This document shows positions 1 through 9,760 of a stretch of 64,000 nt of DNA, in pieces (position 1 is the stretch's first letter; each line of letters begins with the position of its first letter). This DNA comes from an uncultured Bdellovibrionales bacterium (lineage in GTDB: Bacteria; Bdellovibrionota_C; UBA2361; OMII01), in the NCBI GenBank assembly GCA_964413875.1, contig CAYPUA010000008.1, positions 28,556 through 92,555 on the forward strand. The letters run 5' to 3'. The position numbers and the translations under genes were made by a program. The notes under the pieces were generated by a model. The model saw nothing but the letters and a program-made list of their open reading frames with translations. It did no database searches and was not told the DNA's origin.

Positions 1-9
1 TACGACCTC

Positions 10-651
10 CTACAATGCGAGCGAATGAGGGGTTGAGAGTGCCCGCTCCTTGACTTCGGAAGAGGGAACAAAGGCATTCTTTGAGGGGTCATAAATTCGT
101 ACCAACCCATCCTCAAACTGGTAGATCCAGCCGAAAATCTCCAACGTTCCGCGGCGAAGGGCAGCAGAGACTGCAGGATGCGTCTTGAGGTTCTCTGCCT
201 GAACGAGCACGTTCTCCTCGGCTGGAGAGAGGGCAGTATCTCTCGCTGCCTGAACCCTGCGGCGCGTCGCTGCTGCATGGCGAAGCCAGTGCTCAACTGA
301 TGGCAAGCTCGCAACCTTCTCGGGCTCCATCAGGGCGCTCATCGCTCCACACTGCGAGTGGCCGCAAATCACTATATTGGACACTCCGAGCGCTTCGATC
401 GCAAATTCAATCGACGCTTCTTCTCCTCCTCGAGAAGAGCCAAATGGCGGAACGATATTGCCCGCGTTCCGGACAACGAAGATCTCGCCCGGCTCGGTTT
501 GCGTCACGAGGTTCGGGTCGATGCGAGAGTCAGAGCAGGTAATCATGAGCGTGTGCGGTTTCTGCCCTCGGGATAGCTCCTCAAATAACGAGCGCTTGTC
601 GGGATACACGTCGCTCGAGAATTTTCTCAAGCCTTCGAGCAGGGTCTTCAT
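10..651 (-). CDS. beta-class carbonic anhydrase
   Basis: 213-aa ORF with beta-CA zinc-ligand motifs CSDSR (ITCSDSRIDP) and HxxC (CGHSQCGA). Confidence 0.9.
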   Translation of the reverse strand: MKTLLEGLRKFSSDVYPDKRSLFEELSRGQKPHTLMITCSDSRIDPNLVTQTEPGEIFVVRNAGNIVPPFGSSRGGEEASIEFAIEALGVSNIVICGHSQCGAMSALMEPEKVASLPSVEHWLRHAAATRRRVQAARDTALSPAEENVLVQAENLKTHPAVSAALRRGTLEIFGWIYQFEDGLVRIYDPSKNAFVPSSEVKERALSTPHSLAL

Positions 652-786
652 GCGTTCCTCTCAATACAAGGGTATAATTATATGACTATCTGAATATATC
701 GATAGTTGCAGTATTTTTCCATTTTTTTCCAATCCCGTAGCCTTTAGCCGACAGTCGTGGCACGTGGCTTCAAGGAAATCAGGTGG

Positions 787-2190
787 TTAAGCACGCAACT
801 TATTATACCCGTCGAGAGCCGCGACCTTGTAGCACTCCGCCAGAGTCGGATAGTTGAACACTGCGTCCTTCAAGTAGTTGAGCCCGCCTTTGAGCGCCAT
901 CACAGCCTGGCCGATGTGGACGAGCTCAGTCGCGTACTCACCAATAATGTGCACCCCGAGCACCTCTCCTGTCTCACGGTGAAAGAGGACCTTGAGCATG
1001 CCGTTTTCGTCACCCAGGAGCTGCCCCCGCGCGATCTCCCGGTAGCGGGCAATCCCCGACTCGTACGGAATCTCAGCCTTCGTGAGCTCCTCTTCGTTTC
1101 GCCCGACGTACGAGATCTCGGGGATGGCGTAGATGCCAAACGGGAGCGGCACATCCAAGACCTCTTCTTTGATCCCGAAGGCATTGCATGAGGCTAGCCT
1201 TCCCTGCCGAGCCGAGGTGGAGGCGAGCGCTGGGAAGCCTATCACGTCGCCTGCAGCGAAGACGTGCGATACTGCCGTCTGGAACTGCGCATTTACCGCT
1301 AGCTTGCCCCTCTCCCCAGGCGCGAGACCGACTTTTTCCAGGTCAAGGTCGTCAGTGGCACTGACACGGCCCGCTGAATAGAGAACGCAGTCGGAAACGA
1401 TCACCTTGCCGCTCTTGAGCGCCGTCACAACCTGGCCATCTTCACGGGGCGCGCAGCTAGCGACCTCCTCTCCGAGCCGCAGGCGCACGCCCATACTCCG
1501 CATTTGGTAGTGGAAACAGTCAATCAGCTCCTCGTCCACAAAGCCGAGCAGCCGCTTACGCTGGTCGACAATTGTCACGTTTACCCCCAGTGCCGCAAAC
1601 ATCGACGCGTACTCGGTTCCGATGACACCACCGCCCACAACTGTCATTTCGCGCGGCAGTTTTTTGAGCTTAAGCACGTCGTCACTGTCAAAGATCGTCT
1701 CGCCGTTGAAAGCCACGTTCGGTGGCCGGTACGGGTGCGCTCCGACGGCAATCACAAACTGCGCCGCGCTCTTGCGCGAGACGCCCGACGAAGAGGTGAT
1801 CTCAACAGTGTGAGGATCAACGAAGCGCGCGTGCCCGTAGAGCGTCTCAATGTGATTGCGCTGGAGCTGGTTCTTGATCGTCTCGATCTCAAGCTGCATG
1901 ATGTGGTTGCAGCGGAACGTTAAGTCTGACATCTTGATGTCACTTTTGACGCGGAAGCCGGCGCCGTACATCTTTCGCTGGCGGATGCCGGTAAGAAACA
2001 GCACTGCCTCCTTGAAAGACTTGCTCGGAATAGTGCCTGTGTTTACGCACACGCCTCCAACTACCTCGCGCCGATCGATAACCGCCACGCGCTTCCGAAT
2101 CTTGGCAGCTTGGACCGCTGCTCGTTGGCCGGCGGGGCCGCAGCCGATGACAATCATGTCGTATCCGTAATGAGCGCTTTTTTCTGCCAC
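787..2190 (-). CDS. sthA: soluble pyridine nucleotide transhydrogenase (flavoprotein disulfide-reductase family without the CxxxxC disulfide)
   Basis: 467 aa; GxGxxG (VIGCGPAG); GGVCVNTGTIPSK with a single Cys as in SthA; second Rossmann VVGGGVIGTEYAS; C-terminal FNYPTLAECYKVAAL. Confidence 0.8.
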   Translation of the reverse strand: MAEKSAHYGYDMIVIGCGPAGQRAAVQAAKIRKRVAVIDRREVVGGVCVNTGTIPSKSFKEAVLFLTGIRQRKMYGAGFRVKSDIKMSDLTFRCNHIMQLEIETIKNQLQRNHIETLYGHARFVDPHTVEITSSSGVSRKSAAQFVIAVGAHPYRPPNVAFNGETIFDSDDVLKLKKLPREMTVVGGGVIGTEYASMFAALGVNVTIVDQRKRLLGFVDEELIDCFHYQMRSMGVRLRLGEEVASCAPREDGQVVTALKSGKVIVSDCVLYSAGRVSATDDLDLEKVGLAPGERGKLAVNAQFQTAVSHVFAAGDVIGFPALASTSARQGRLASCNAFGIKEEVLDVPLPFGIYAIPEISYVGRNEEELTKAEIPYESGIARYREIARGQLLGDENGMLKVLFHRETGEVLGVHIIGEYATELVHIGQAVMALKGGLNYLKDAVFNYPTLAECYKVAALDGYNKLRA

Positions 2191-2456
2191 TACTCTCTCT
2201 GCTTGAATTCGGTTAAAGGCTCGCTGTCGGCATCAACTCCAGCTTGAGGAGAAGTGTACTCACCTCTCTGCCCAACCCTTGTGATGCTACACATGCGCCT
2301 GTGAAGAGCATGGCAAAAACCCCGAATTTCTGGGGCAGCGCACGCCCGAACGTGAGCACGACACTCCAACCGTGGGGGCTTTAAAGCTTTCGTTTCTGCC
2401 AACCAGGGCGGTCGCACTTCGGGAAATGCGGCGAGCCGAGATTCTCAAGTCCCGCG

Positions 2457-3122
2457 TCAGCCTTGGGCAAAGATGAGCCGCCGCACCTCTGCAAACGATC
2501 GCGCAACGAAGGTTGGGGAAAAATTCCTGAGCGTGTCGGCGGAAAAGTACTCCTGGTTCTCCTCTGGGGAGAATGCAATCGTCCTAACTCCCGCCGCCTT
2601 GCCTGCTTCGATGTCGGGCGGAGAGTCTCCAACCATCCAGGCTCTCGACGGGGGAACATCGAGACTTTCTAGCGCTGCGTGAATAGCTTCAGGATCCGGC
2701 TTCCCTCGCTCAACGTCGTCTATCGTGACGTGGGTGTGGAACAATTCCCGCACCGGCCAGCGCGAGAGCGCTGCTTCGAGGTGCGCGCGCCGAGTGTTTG
2801 TGACGATGCCGAGCTTGAAAGATTCTGGACCTAAACTCTGCAATGTCTCTTCGACATCTGGGTACATCGAGACCTCTGGCATCTTCACCAACACGCGAGA
2901 CCACACGTCCTCGGCGAACGCGGAAAGGTCTGGCACCTGAAACTCGCGCTGCACATCGATGCCACGCTTCGAGAAACAGGCTTCCCTGACCTCGCGCTCG
3001 TCACGGTGAACGCCTATGCGGCGCAGCGCACCTTGGTAGGCTAACGTCCAAGTCCTAAGAGAGCGCCCTAAGGTGCCATCGAAGTCGAAGAGAACTGCTT
3101 GCTGTTGAGCCGGTGAGGGCAT
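2457..3122 (-). CDS. HAD-superfamily hydrolase (phosphoglycolate phosphatase-like)
   Basis: 221 aa; HAD motif I VLFDFDGTLG, motif II IVTNT, motif IV GDSPPDIEAGKAAG. Confidence 0.75.
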   Translation of the reverse strand: MPSPAQQQAVLFDFDGTLGRSLRTWTLAYQGALRRIGVHRDEREVREACFSKRGIDVQREFQVPDLSAFAEDVWSRVLVKMPEVSMYPDVEETLQSLGPESFKLGIVTNTRRAHLEAALSRWPVRELFHTHVTIDDVERGKPDPEAIHAALESLDVPPSRAWMVGDSPPDIEAGKAAGVRTIAFSPEENQEYFSADTLRNFSPTFVARSFAEVRRLIFAQG

Positions 3123-3261
3123 GTTTTCTGCCTAAAAACTGAGTTGCTTGGACTGGGGGCGACTAGAAATCACCGCACACTCCGAGAACGGTGATTATAC
3201 AAAACCTGAATCGTTGGTAAACGTGGCTGAAGCCGATGAAAAAAGAGGCGGAATTATGATT

Positions 3262-3391
3262 CACAAAGAGAGCGGCGAGAACAGCGAGAGAGGCAATCTT
3301 GTTTCTCCTTTCCCCTCTCTCTGCTCTCGCTGGTCTCTTTGTTTATAATCTCCATCGTTTTTTCGGGAACGTTTACGTTCACGTTCACGTT
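3262..3391. repeat. single copy of hairpin-plus-hexamer intergenic repeat (family 1)
   Basis: acaaagagagcggcgagaacagcgag ... ctcgctggtctctttgt imperfect inverted repeat, then gggaacgtttacgttcacgttcacgtt; same layout and near-identical 5' block as units at 20912-21290. Confidence 0.6.
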
Positions 3392-3503
3392 AAGGAGAGA
3401 TAGCAGCGTGAAAGCTAGTTCGAGAATAGAAGTGAGGAGTGTGACACATGAACCATTCGTGAAGAATGGGATGGTCCACACTCTTCACGGAAAACTAGTT
3501 CGA

Positions 3504-3926
3504 TCAGTTCGAGTTTCGCAACTGATCGAGGCGCCGCTCATGCTTGAGGGCTTCCTGCCGGAGCCTCGCTGCTTTACGCAGAAGGACTTTGAGGTTTCCT
3601 TCGAAATTGCTCAAAACTTCGAGCGTTGTTAACCCGGCCGTCCGAATCTCATTAGCGAGACCCAGGTCGCCGTTGTCGATGGCTTCTGCCCACTGGGCAC
3701 CAATGGTGCGCAGCTTCTTCCTCGCCCTTCGAATTCTACCGCTTGAGCGCTCGACCCTTGCGGCGAGTTTCTCTTCCCGAGCGCTAGCTCGCATCACTTC
3801 GTCGCGCTGACGAGCTATGTCAATCGCCCTTTCATGACAGGCGATTGAGCAGAATTGAAACTCAAAATCAGACTGAACGATCGGCTCACCGCAAACTTTG
3901 CAGCAGCCTTCCTTCCTGATGGACAT
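3504..3926 (-). CDS. hypothetical protein with N-terminal zinc-ribbon-like Cys motif and charged helical tail
   Basis: 140-aa ORF; CCKVCGEP...FCSIACHE; no family recognised. Confidence 0.4.
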   Translation of the reverse strand: MSIRKEGCCKVCGEPIVQSDFEFQFCSIACHERAIDIARQRDEVMRASAREEKLAARVERSSGRIRRARKKLRTIGAQWAEAIDNGDLGLANEIRTAGLTTLEVLSNFEGNLKVLLRKAARLRQEALKHERRLDQLRNSN

Positions 3927-4220
3927 TCAACCGACCCTCCTTAGAAAAAACCTTCCTGGGTGTGTCACACTCCCACGGCGTTCCAGCGCACCAGAGCGCC
4001 ATCGGAGCTGAGCCTCTCAGTTTAGCGCCCGCGGAATTCTTAATCCATTTCCTGCCAGATGATTGAAATAACTGCTCTTTATCTAACCCCTCCCAGCTTC
4101 TTGATACCCGTTGGAGGGCTACCCAAGGCCTAATTGATTCCCCACCCCAAAGGTGGTTTATTTCGCGCGGTAACGTGGCGTCATGCCAAGCATTTTACGC
4201 CTTAGGAGTCCTTCATTCGT

Positions 4221-4562
4221 ATGCTTTCAGAAGAAGAGATCCAGAAGCTCGCCACCCTCGCCCGACTCGAGATTGAGCCCTCGTTCAAGCCGGTGGTCAC
4301 GGCCCACGTAAACTCGATCATCGGGTACGTCGCGCGCCTCAATGAGATCGACACCTCGGGCGTCGAGGCATTAAGCCACATCCAGGGTGCCACCAACGTG
4401 CTTCGCGACGACGCGGTGCAGCCAGTAGGTGCTGCGCCGGCGCCAACTCCACTCGGTGACACAGCTATCCCGCCCCAGCCGATGCTCGACTCTGAGGCCC
4501 TCGCGCAGAACGTTCCAGCCAGCTCCGGTCGCTTCATCAAAGTTCCCCTAATCGTTGAGTAA
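4221..4562 (+). CDS. gatC: Asp/Glu-tRNA(Asn/Gln) amidotransferase subunit C
   Basis: 113 aa; [19 protein letters not shown]-terminus typical of GatC; aggag SD upstream; 2-nt gap to gatA. Confidence 0.85.
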   Translation: MLSEEEIQKLATLARLEIEPSFKPVVTAHVNSIIGYVARLNEIDTSGVEALSHIQGATNVLRDDAVQPVGAAPAPTPLGDTAIPPQPMLDSEALAQNVPASSGRFIKVPLIVE

Positions 4563-4564
4563 GT

Positions 4565-6031
4565 ATGTCTGATTTAGCTTCCCTCTCCATCGCTGAGATC
4601 CGCTCTGGACTCGACGAGAAGAAGTTTTCCTGCACCGAGCTGACGAAGGCGTGCCTCGACAAGGCAGAGAAGCTCTCCTCGCTGAACTGCTTCACGCTGC
4701 TCACTCCCGAGCACGCGCTCAAGGACGCGGCTGCAATTGACGCCCTGCTCAAGCAGGGAAAGAGCGCCCCGCTGCTCGGAGTGCCGGTCGGGATCAAGGA
4801 CGTGATCTGCACTAAGGGGGTTCGGACAACGGCCGCAAGCAAGATCCTCAGCAACTTCATTCCACCGTACGACGCGACTGTCGTGCGTCGCCTCAAGACC
4901 GCCGGCGCAGTCTCGATCGGAAAGCTCAATATGGATGAGTTCGCGATGGGCTCCTCCAACGAGAACTCGGCGTTCGGCCCGGTCAAGAATCCGTGGAACC
5001 CAGAGTACGTTCCGGGCGGCTCAAGCGGCGGGTCGGCCGCCGCTGTTGCGGCGCGCATCTGCCCCATCACGCTCGGCACCGACACCGGGGGCTCGATCCG
5101 CCAGCCCGCAGCGTTCTGCGGCATCGTTGGCTTGAAGCCTACCTACGGCCGTGTGAGCCGCTACGGAGTGATCGCGTACGCATCGTCGCTTGACCAGGTC
5201 GGTGGCTTCGCACACAACGTTCACGACTGCGCGCTCGTGACGCAGGCGATCTGCGGCGAGGATCCGAACGACGCTACCTGCTCGAAACGCCCGGTGCCCG
5301 ACTTTGCCAAAGCCCTCGGCCGCGACATCAAGGGGCTCCGCATCGGCATCCCGAAGGAGTACTTCGTCTCAGGACTCGCTCCTGAAGTGAGCGAGGCAAC
5401 CAAGAAGGCAATAGGTGTCCTGGAAAGCCTCGGCGCAACGACCGTTGAAGTTTCACTCCCGCACACGGATGTTGCTGTGTCGGTGTACTACATCCTTGCT
5501 CCGGCTGAGGCATCTTCGAACCTCTCGCGCTACGACGGCATCCGCTACGGTCACCGCGCAGAGGGGCAGCTCGACCTCAAGTCGCTCTACAGCAAGTCGC
5601 GCAGCGAGGGCTTCGGCAAGGAAGTGCAGCGCCGCATCCTGGTCGGCACCTACGTGCTCTCGGCCGGCTACTTCGACGCCTTCTACGTCAAGGCACAGAA
5701 GGTGCGCTCGCTAATCGTCAAGGACTTCACCGACGCCTTCGCCTCGAAGTGTGACCTGATCGTTGCCCCAACGACCCCTACCCCGCCGTTTAAGATCGGC
5801 GAGAAGGTCAGCGACCCGATTCAGATGTACCTAAACGACATCTTCACCATCCCAGTGAACCTTGCAGGTCTCCCCGGCATGGTTGTGCCGTGCGGCGCCT
5901 CGTCGAATGGGCTCCCTATCGGATTGCAGCTCATCGGACGACCGTGGGACGAGGAGACCCTCTTCTCGGTTGCCTCTGCGTACGAAGGGGCAACCGACTG
6001 GCACAAGAAGTCTCCAGCAGTGGCGGCGTAG
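4565..6031 (+). CDS. gatA: Asp/Glu-tRNA(Asn/Gln) amidotransferase subunit A
   Basis: 488 aa; amidase signature [13 protein letters not shown] and [12 protein letters not shown]; gatC-gatA-gatB order. Confidence 0.95.
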   Translation: MSDLASLSIAEIRSGLDEKKFSCTELTKACLDKAEKLSSLNCFTLLTPEHALKDAAAIDALLKQGKSAPLLGVPVGIKDVICTKGVRTTAASKILSNFIPPYDATVVRRLKTAGAVSIGKLNMDEFAMGSSNENSAFGPVKNPWNPEYVPGGSSGGSAAAVAARICPITLGTDTGGSIRQPAAFCGIVGLKPTYGRVSRYGVIAYASSLDQVGGFAHNVHDCALVTQAICGEDPNDATCSKRPVPDFAKALGRDIKGLRIGIPKEYFVSGLAPEVSEATKKAIGVLESLGATTVEVSLPHTDVAVSVYYILAPAEASSNLSRYDGIRYGHRAEGQLDLKSLYSKSRSEGFGKEVQRRILVGTYVLSAGYFDAFYVKAQKVRSLIVKDFTDAFASKCDLIVAPTTPTPPFKIGEKVSDPIQMYLNDIFTIPVNLAGLPGMVVPCGASSNGLPIGLQLIGRPWDEETLFSVASAYEGATDWHKKSPAVAA

Positions 6032-6058
6032 GCAGCGAACGTTTTTGAGAGGATCGTC

Positions 6059-7498
6059 ATGGAATTTGAAACTGTCATAGGGCTTGAGGTTCACGTCCAG
6101 CTCTCAACGCAGTCAAAGATGTTCTGCAACGCCTCAGCCGCCTACGGCGGCGAGCCGAACGAGTACATCGATCCGGTTACCCTTGGCCTGCCTGGCGCCC
6201 TGCCTGTGGCCAACAAGCGCGCGGTCGAGTTCGCCATCATGCTCGGGCTCGCCACCAACTCCGAGATCCGCCGCTTCAATCGCTTCGCGCGCAAGCACTA
6301 CTTCTACCCAGACCTGCCGAAGGGCTACCAGATCTCGCAGTTCGACGAGCCGATCTGCGAGCGTGGCAGCGTTGAGTTCTACATGGAGGAGACGAAGCGC
6401 ACGATCGGCCTCAAGCGCATCCACATGGAGGAGGACGCCGGCAAGAACATCCACGACTCGCGCACGCAAGCATCGCTGGTCGACCTGAACCGCGCTGGAG
6501 TGCCCCTGCTCGAGGTTGTCTCTGAGCCGGAGCTCCGCTCGCCCGCCGAAGCAGCTGCGTACCTTCGCGCGGTTCGCCAGCTCGTGCGCTATCTGGGCGT
6601 GAGCGACGGCAATATGGAGGAAGGCAGCCTGCGCTGCGACGCCAACATCTCGCTTAGGCCTGTCGGCCAGCTCAAGTTCGGCACCCGCACCGAGATCAAG
6701 AACCTCAACTCCTTCAAGTTTGTAGAGCGGGCCCTTGAGTACGAAGTCGCAAGGCAGATGGCGCTGCTCAAGAATGGGCAGAGCATCGTGCAAGAGACGC
6801 TGCTCTTCGACAGCGCAACTGGCACGACTCGCCCGATGCGCTCCAAGGAAGAGAGCGCCGACTACCGCTACTTCCCCGATCCGGATCTCCCTCCGGTTGT
6901 GGTGGAAGAGAGCTGGGTGCGGGAGGTTGAGTCTACCCTGCCCAAGCTCCCAGCCCGCTGGATCCAGGATCTCGTGAACGAATACGGGCTCTCGCTCTAC
7001 GACGCCACTGTGCTCACGGGCGAAAAGGCAGCGGTGGAGTTCTTCAACGACGTGGTTGCTGCGTGCAGCAACGCCAAGGCGGCCTGCAACTGGGTAACCT
7101 CCGAGCTGTTCGGGTCGCTCAACAAGCAGGGCCTTGAGATAGAGAAGAGCCCTGTGTCTGCCAAGGGGCTCGGCGAGCTCATCTCGATGGTCGACGCGGA
7201 CGAGATCTCCGGAAAGATGGCGAAGGCCGTCTTTGAGGAGATGTTCTCAGCCGGGAAGAGCGCTGCTGAGGTGGTCAAGGAGAAGGGCCTCAAGCAGATA
7301 AGCGACGACGACTCAATCCTTGCCATCATTAAGCGCGAGTTCGACGCCAATCCGAAGCAGCTCGCTGGGTACCTTGGCGGCAACGAGCGGCTGCACGGGT
7401 TCTTCGTCGGGCAGGTCATGAAGGCTACCGAGGGCGCAGCCAACCCGAAGAAGGTCAACGACCTGATTCGTGAGGAAGCCGAGCGTCGGAAGGCCTAG
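6059..7498 (+). CDS. gatB: Asp/Glu-tRNA(Asn/Gln) amidotransferase subunit B
   Basis: 479 aa; MEFETVIGLEVHVQL start and YFYPDLPKGYQISQ block typical of GatB; C-terminal YqeY-like tail. Confidence 0.95.
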   Translation: MEFETVIGLEVHVQLSTQSKMFCNASAAYGGEPNEYIDPVTLGLPGALPVANKRAVEFAIMLGLATNSEIRRFNRFARKHYFYPDLPKGYQISQFDEPICERGSVEFYMEETKRTIGLKRIHMEEDAGKNIHDSRTQASLVDLNRAGVPLLEVVSEPELRSPAEAAAYLRAVRQLVRYLGVSDGNMEEGSLRCDANISLRPVGQLKFGTRTEIKNLNSFKFVERALEYEVARQMALLKNGQSIVQETLLFDSATGTTRPMRSKEESADYRYFPDPDLPPVVVEESWVREVESTLPKLPARWIQDLVNEYGLSLYDATVLTGEKAAVEFFNDVVAACSNAKAACNWVTSELFGSLNKQGLEIEKSPVSAKGLGELISMVDADEISGKMAKAVFEEMFSAGKSAAEVVKEKGLKQISDDDSILAIIKREFDANPKQLAGYLGGNERLHGFFVGQVMKATEGAANPKKVNDLIREEAERRKA

Positions 7499-7501
7499 CC
7501 A

Positions 7502-7786
7502 ATGGAGCTTTGCGCCAAGCCAGAGCCCGTCGAACTCGATTCAGGCCTCCTGGCATTCTATCTTGAGGTCCCACGGCATCAGATAGTACTTTTGCAGGCG
7601 TATTTTGAGCTGTACGATGGGGTCGGCACTGTCCGGACCCTGGAGGGGGACCGCAGCATCGTGAGCGTGCTGACCACGCCCTCTCAGCAGGCAGACTGCG
7701 TCAGCGTTCTCAATGCAATACGCGAACACGTGCAGTGGCAGCCCTGCCGGGAGATCCCGGAAGACAAGCAGCTACGCCCGTCTTAG
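7502..7786 (+). CDS. small conserved hypothetical protein (possibly DUF4911-like)
   Basis: 94-aa ORF starting 3 nt after the gatB stop; family assignment from memory only. Confidence 0.45.
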   Translation: MELCAKPEPVELDSGLLAFYLEVPRHQIVLLQAYFELYDGVGTVRTLEGDRSIVSVLTTPSQQADCVSVLNAIREHVQWQPCREIPEDKQLRPS

Positions 7787-7813
7787 CCAGATCAATTACC
7801 GCAAGGAAACCGT

Positions 7814-9742
7814 ATGATCCGACTCATCCACAAGTACAACCGCTCAATCGCGATCGTCTTCCTCTTCGTCGCAGTCTGCTTCGCCCTAAGCGGCGTCGGA
7901 ATTGACGTCCTGCACGACGGCAATCGGGCCGATCGGCCAGCGATCCTCGTAAACGAGCGGTCGTTCACCGAGGCCGAGGTCGCGCGCGTCGTGAGGAACA
8001 ACGAGAGTCGTTACCGCAAGATGTACGGCGACAACTTCGACCAGTACGCGAAGATGTTCGGGATCAACGTTGTGCAGCAGTCAGTCGACCAGATGATCGA
8101 CACTGAGCTCCTCAACCAAGAGGCCGCGGGGATGGGCTTCGCCTCGGACGACGAGGCGGTGCGGCGCTTCATCCTTGAGGAGGAATTCGCCGGGATGCCG
8201 TACGATGAGACTCGCTTCCGTGGCATGCTCAAGGCCGCTAACCTCACCTATCGCGACTTCTCGCGCGACGTGAAAGAAGGCAAGAGCCGAGAGGCGCTCC
8301 TCGGCGTGCTGAGAGACTCAGCCTACGTAAGCCGCCGCGACGCGGAGAACCACCTCGTGCGGCAGGAAACCTCCTACTCTGTCCTCGCCGCGATCATCAA
8401 CGTCTCTGACCTGCTCGCCTCCGCCCCTGCCCCGACCGAGGAGCAGCTCAAGGCATTCTACGACCAGAACGCCTCGCGCTTCGAAGTGCCGCCACAAGCT
8501 TCGTACACCTTCATCGAGCTTGCGCCGTCTGCGTTTGAGAAGGATGTTCAGGTCTCCGAGGACGACATCGGGATTTACTACACCGACAACGCGCGGGATT
8601 TCACAATTCCGGAGCAAGTTAGGGTTTCTGAGATTAAGGTATCCTACCCCAAGAACGCTGACGACAAGGCGAAAGCAGACGTAAAGGAGAAGGCGAAGCA
8701 GGCGCGCGAGGAAGCGCTCGCTGGCAAGGTCTTCGCGGAGCTGGTTGCCAAGTATTCAAGCGACGCGCAGCTCAAGGCGAAGAGCGGCGACCGCGGCTGG
8801 ATTAGCCGTGGGTCTGAGCACCCATCATTCGACAAAGCGGCGTTCTCGACAGAGGCTGGAGCCGTGTCGGAGGTAATTGAGACCGATGAGTCTGTGAGCG
8901 TGATAAAGGTTGAGGAGAAGAAGCCATCAGCCCAGAAGCCGCTCGCATCGGTTCGTGCCGAGATCGAGGCTACGATCCGCAAGAACGAAGCGCCGTCGTA
9001 CGCTAAGGCCAAGGCCGACGAGGTTCTCAAGACAGCTCGCCGAGACGGGAAGTCCCTCTCGGAGGTTGCCGGACTCTCCGGGCTCTCCATCAACGAGTCA
9101 GGCGGAATGCTCGCTGCAGGCAACGACCCCACGCCGGCACTCACTGGCCTGACCGAGAAGGTGATAGCGCTTCAGGGCGGAGACCGGACCTCTATCTCGC
9201 TGGTTGAAGTCGGCGACACCTCAGCACTTGTGCAGATCAAGGAGTTTAAGGATGCATCTCTCGCGCCATTTGCAGAGGTTCGCGAGAAGATTGTCCAGGT
9301 GGTGAAGGCTCAAGAGGCCCAGAAGCTTGCTGACGCTCGCGCCAAGGAGATCTTGGTTGCAGCACAGGCAGCCCCACAGAACTTCGCTGCAGACGCCAAG
9401 CAACGGGGCGCGAAAGTCGTTGGTCCGGTAAAGGTAAGCCGTGCCAACCCGACCTCGACAGAGCTCCCTGAACTCTCTCAGGGTATTCTTCGGGCGGTGT
9501 TCTCTCTCTCCACTCCGCAGGTAATCAACCAGCAGTTCCCGTCTCAGAACAGCATCGTGTTGGCTTCCGTGACGGCGATTGAGAAGCCGGACCTTTCGAA
9601 AGGCATTAAGGCAGAGGATCTCGAGAAGTACCGCACAGAGGCTCGTGAGCAGGCGTACGGTGACGCCATTCAGTCGGCTCTGGCGTACCTTAAGTCCTCG
9701 GCGAAGGTTGATGTTGATCCAGTCCTGCTGAGCCGCCAGTAA
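7814..9742 (+). CDS. PpiD-like membrane-anchored periplasmic chaperone / parvulin-type peptidyl-prolyl isomerase
   Basis: 642 aa; N-terminal anchor IAIVFLFVAVCFALSGV; SurA-N-like region; parvulin block VSEIKVSY..ELVAKYSSD..GDRGWISRG. Confidence 0.8.
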   Translation: MIRLIHKYNRSIAIVFLFVAVCFALSGVGIDVLHDGNRADRPAILVNERSFTEAEVARVVRNNESRYRKMYGDNFDQYAKMFGINVVQQSVDQMIDTELLNQEAAGMGFASDDEAVRRFILEEEFAGMPYDETRFRGMLKAANLTYRDFSRDVKEGKSREALLGVLRDSAYVSRRDAENHLVRQETSYSVLAAIINVSDLLASAPAPTEEQLKAFYDQNASRFEVPPQASYTFIELAPSAFEKDVQVSEDDIGIYYTDNARDFTIPEQVRVSEIKVSYPKNADDKAKADVKEKAKQAREEALAGKVFAELVAKYSSDAQLKAKSGDRGWISRGSEHPSFDKAAFSTEAGAVSEVIETDESVSVIKVEEKKPSAQKPLASVRAEIEATIRKNEAPSYAKAKADEVLKTARRDGKSLSEVAGLSGLSINESGGMLAAGNDPTPALTGLTEKVIALQGGDRTSISLVEVGDTSALVQIKEFKDASLAPFAEVREKIVQVVKAQEAQKLADARAKEILVAAQAAPQNFAADAKQRGAKVVGPVKVSRANPTSTELPELSQGILRAVFSLSTPQVINQQFPSQNSIVLASVTAIEKPDLSKGIKAEDLEKYRTEAREQAYGDAIQSALAYLKSSAKVDVDPVLLSRQ

Positions 9743-9760
9743 AAAACGCAGCCGTTCCTG

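Noticed and set aside
3254-3632. ORFs 3254-3481 (-) and 3339-3632 (+) in the gap between the HAD and zinc-ribbon genes.
   Set aside because: They read through the family-1 repeat and its hexamer tail (VNVNVNV / FTFTFT peptides), which is typical of repeat-derived pseudo-ORFs.
6134-6793. Long antisense or alternate-frame ORFs inside well-supported genes (for example 6134-6793, 35081-35734, 35744-36418, 38811-39623, 41924-42592, 44636-45379, 23393-23947).
   Set aside because: They lie within genes with strong family signatures. Arg/Ala/Pro/Ser-rich translations of this kind are typical of non-coding frames in GC-rich DNA.
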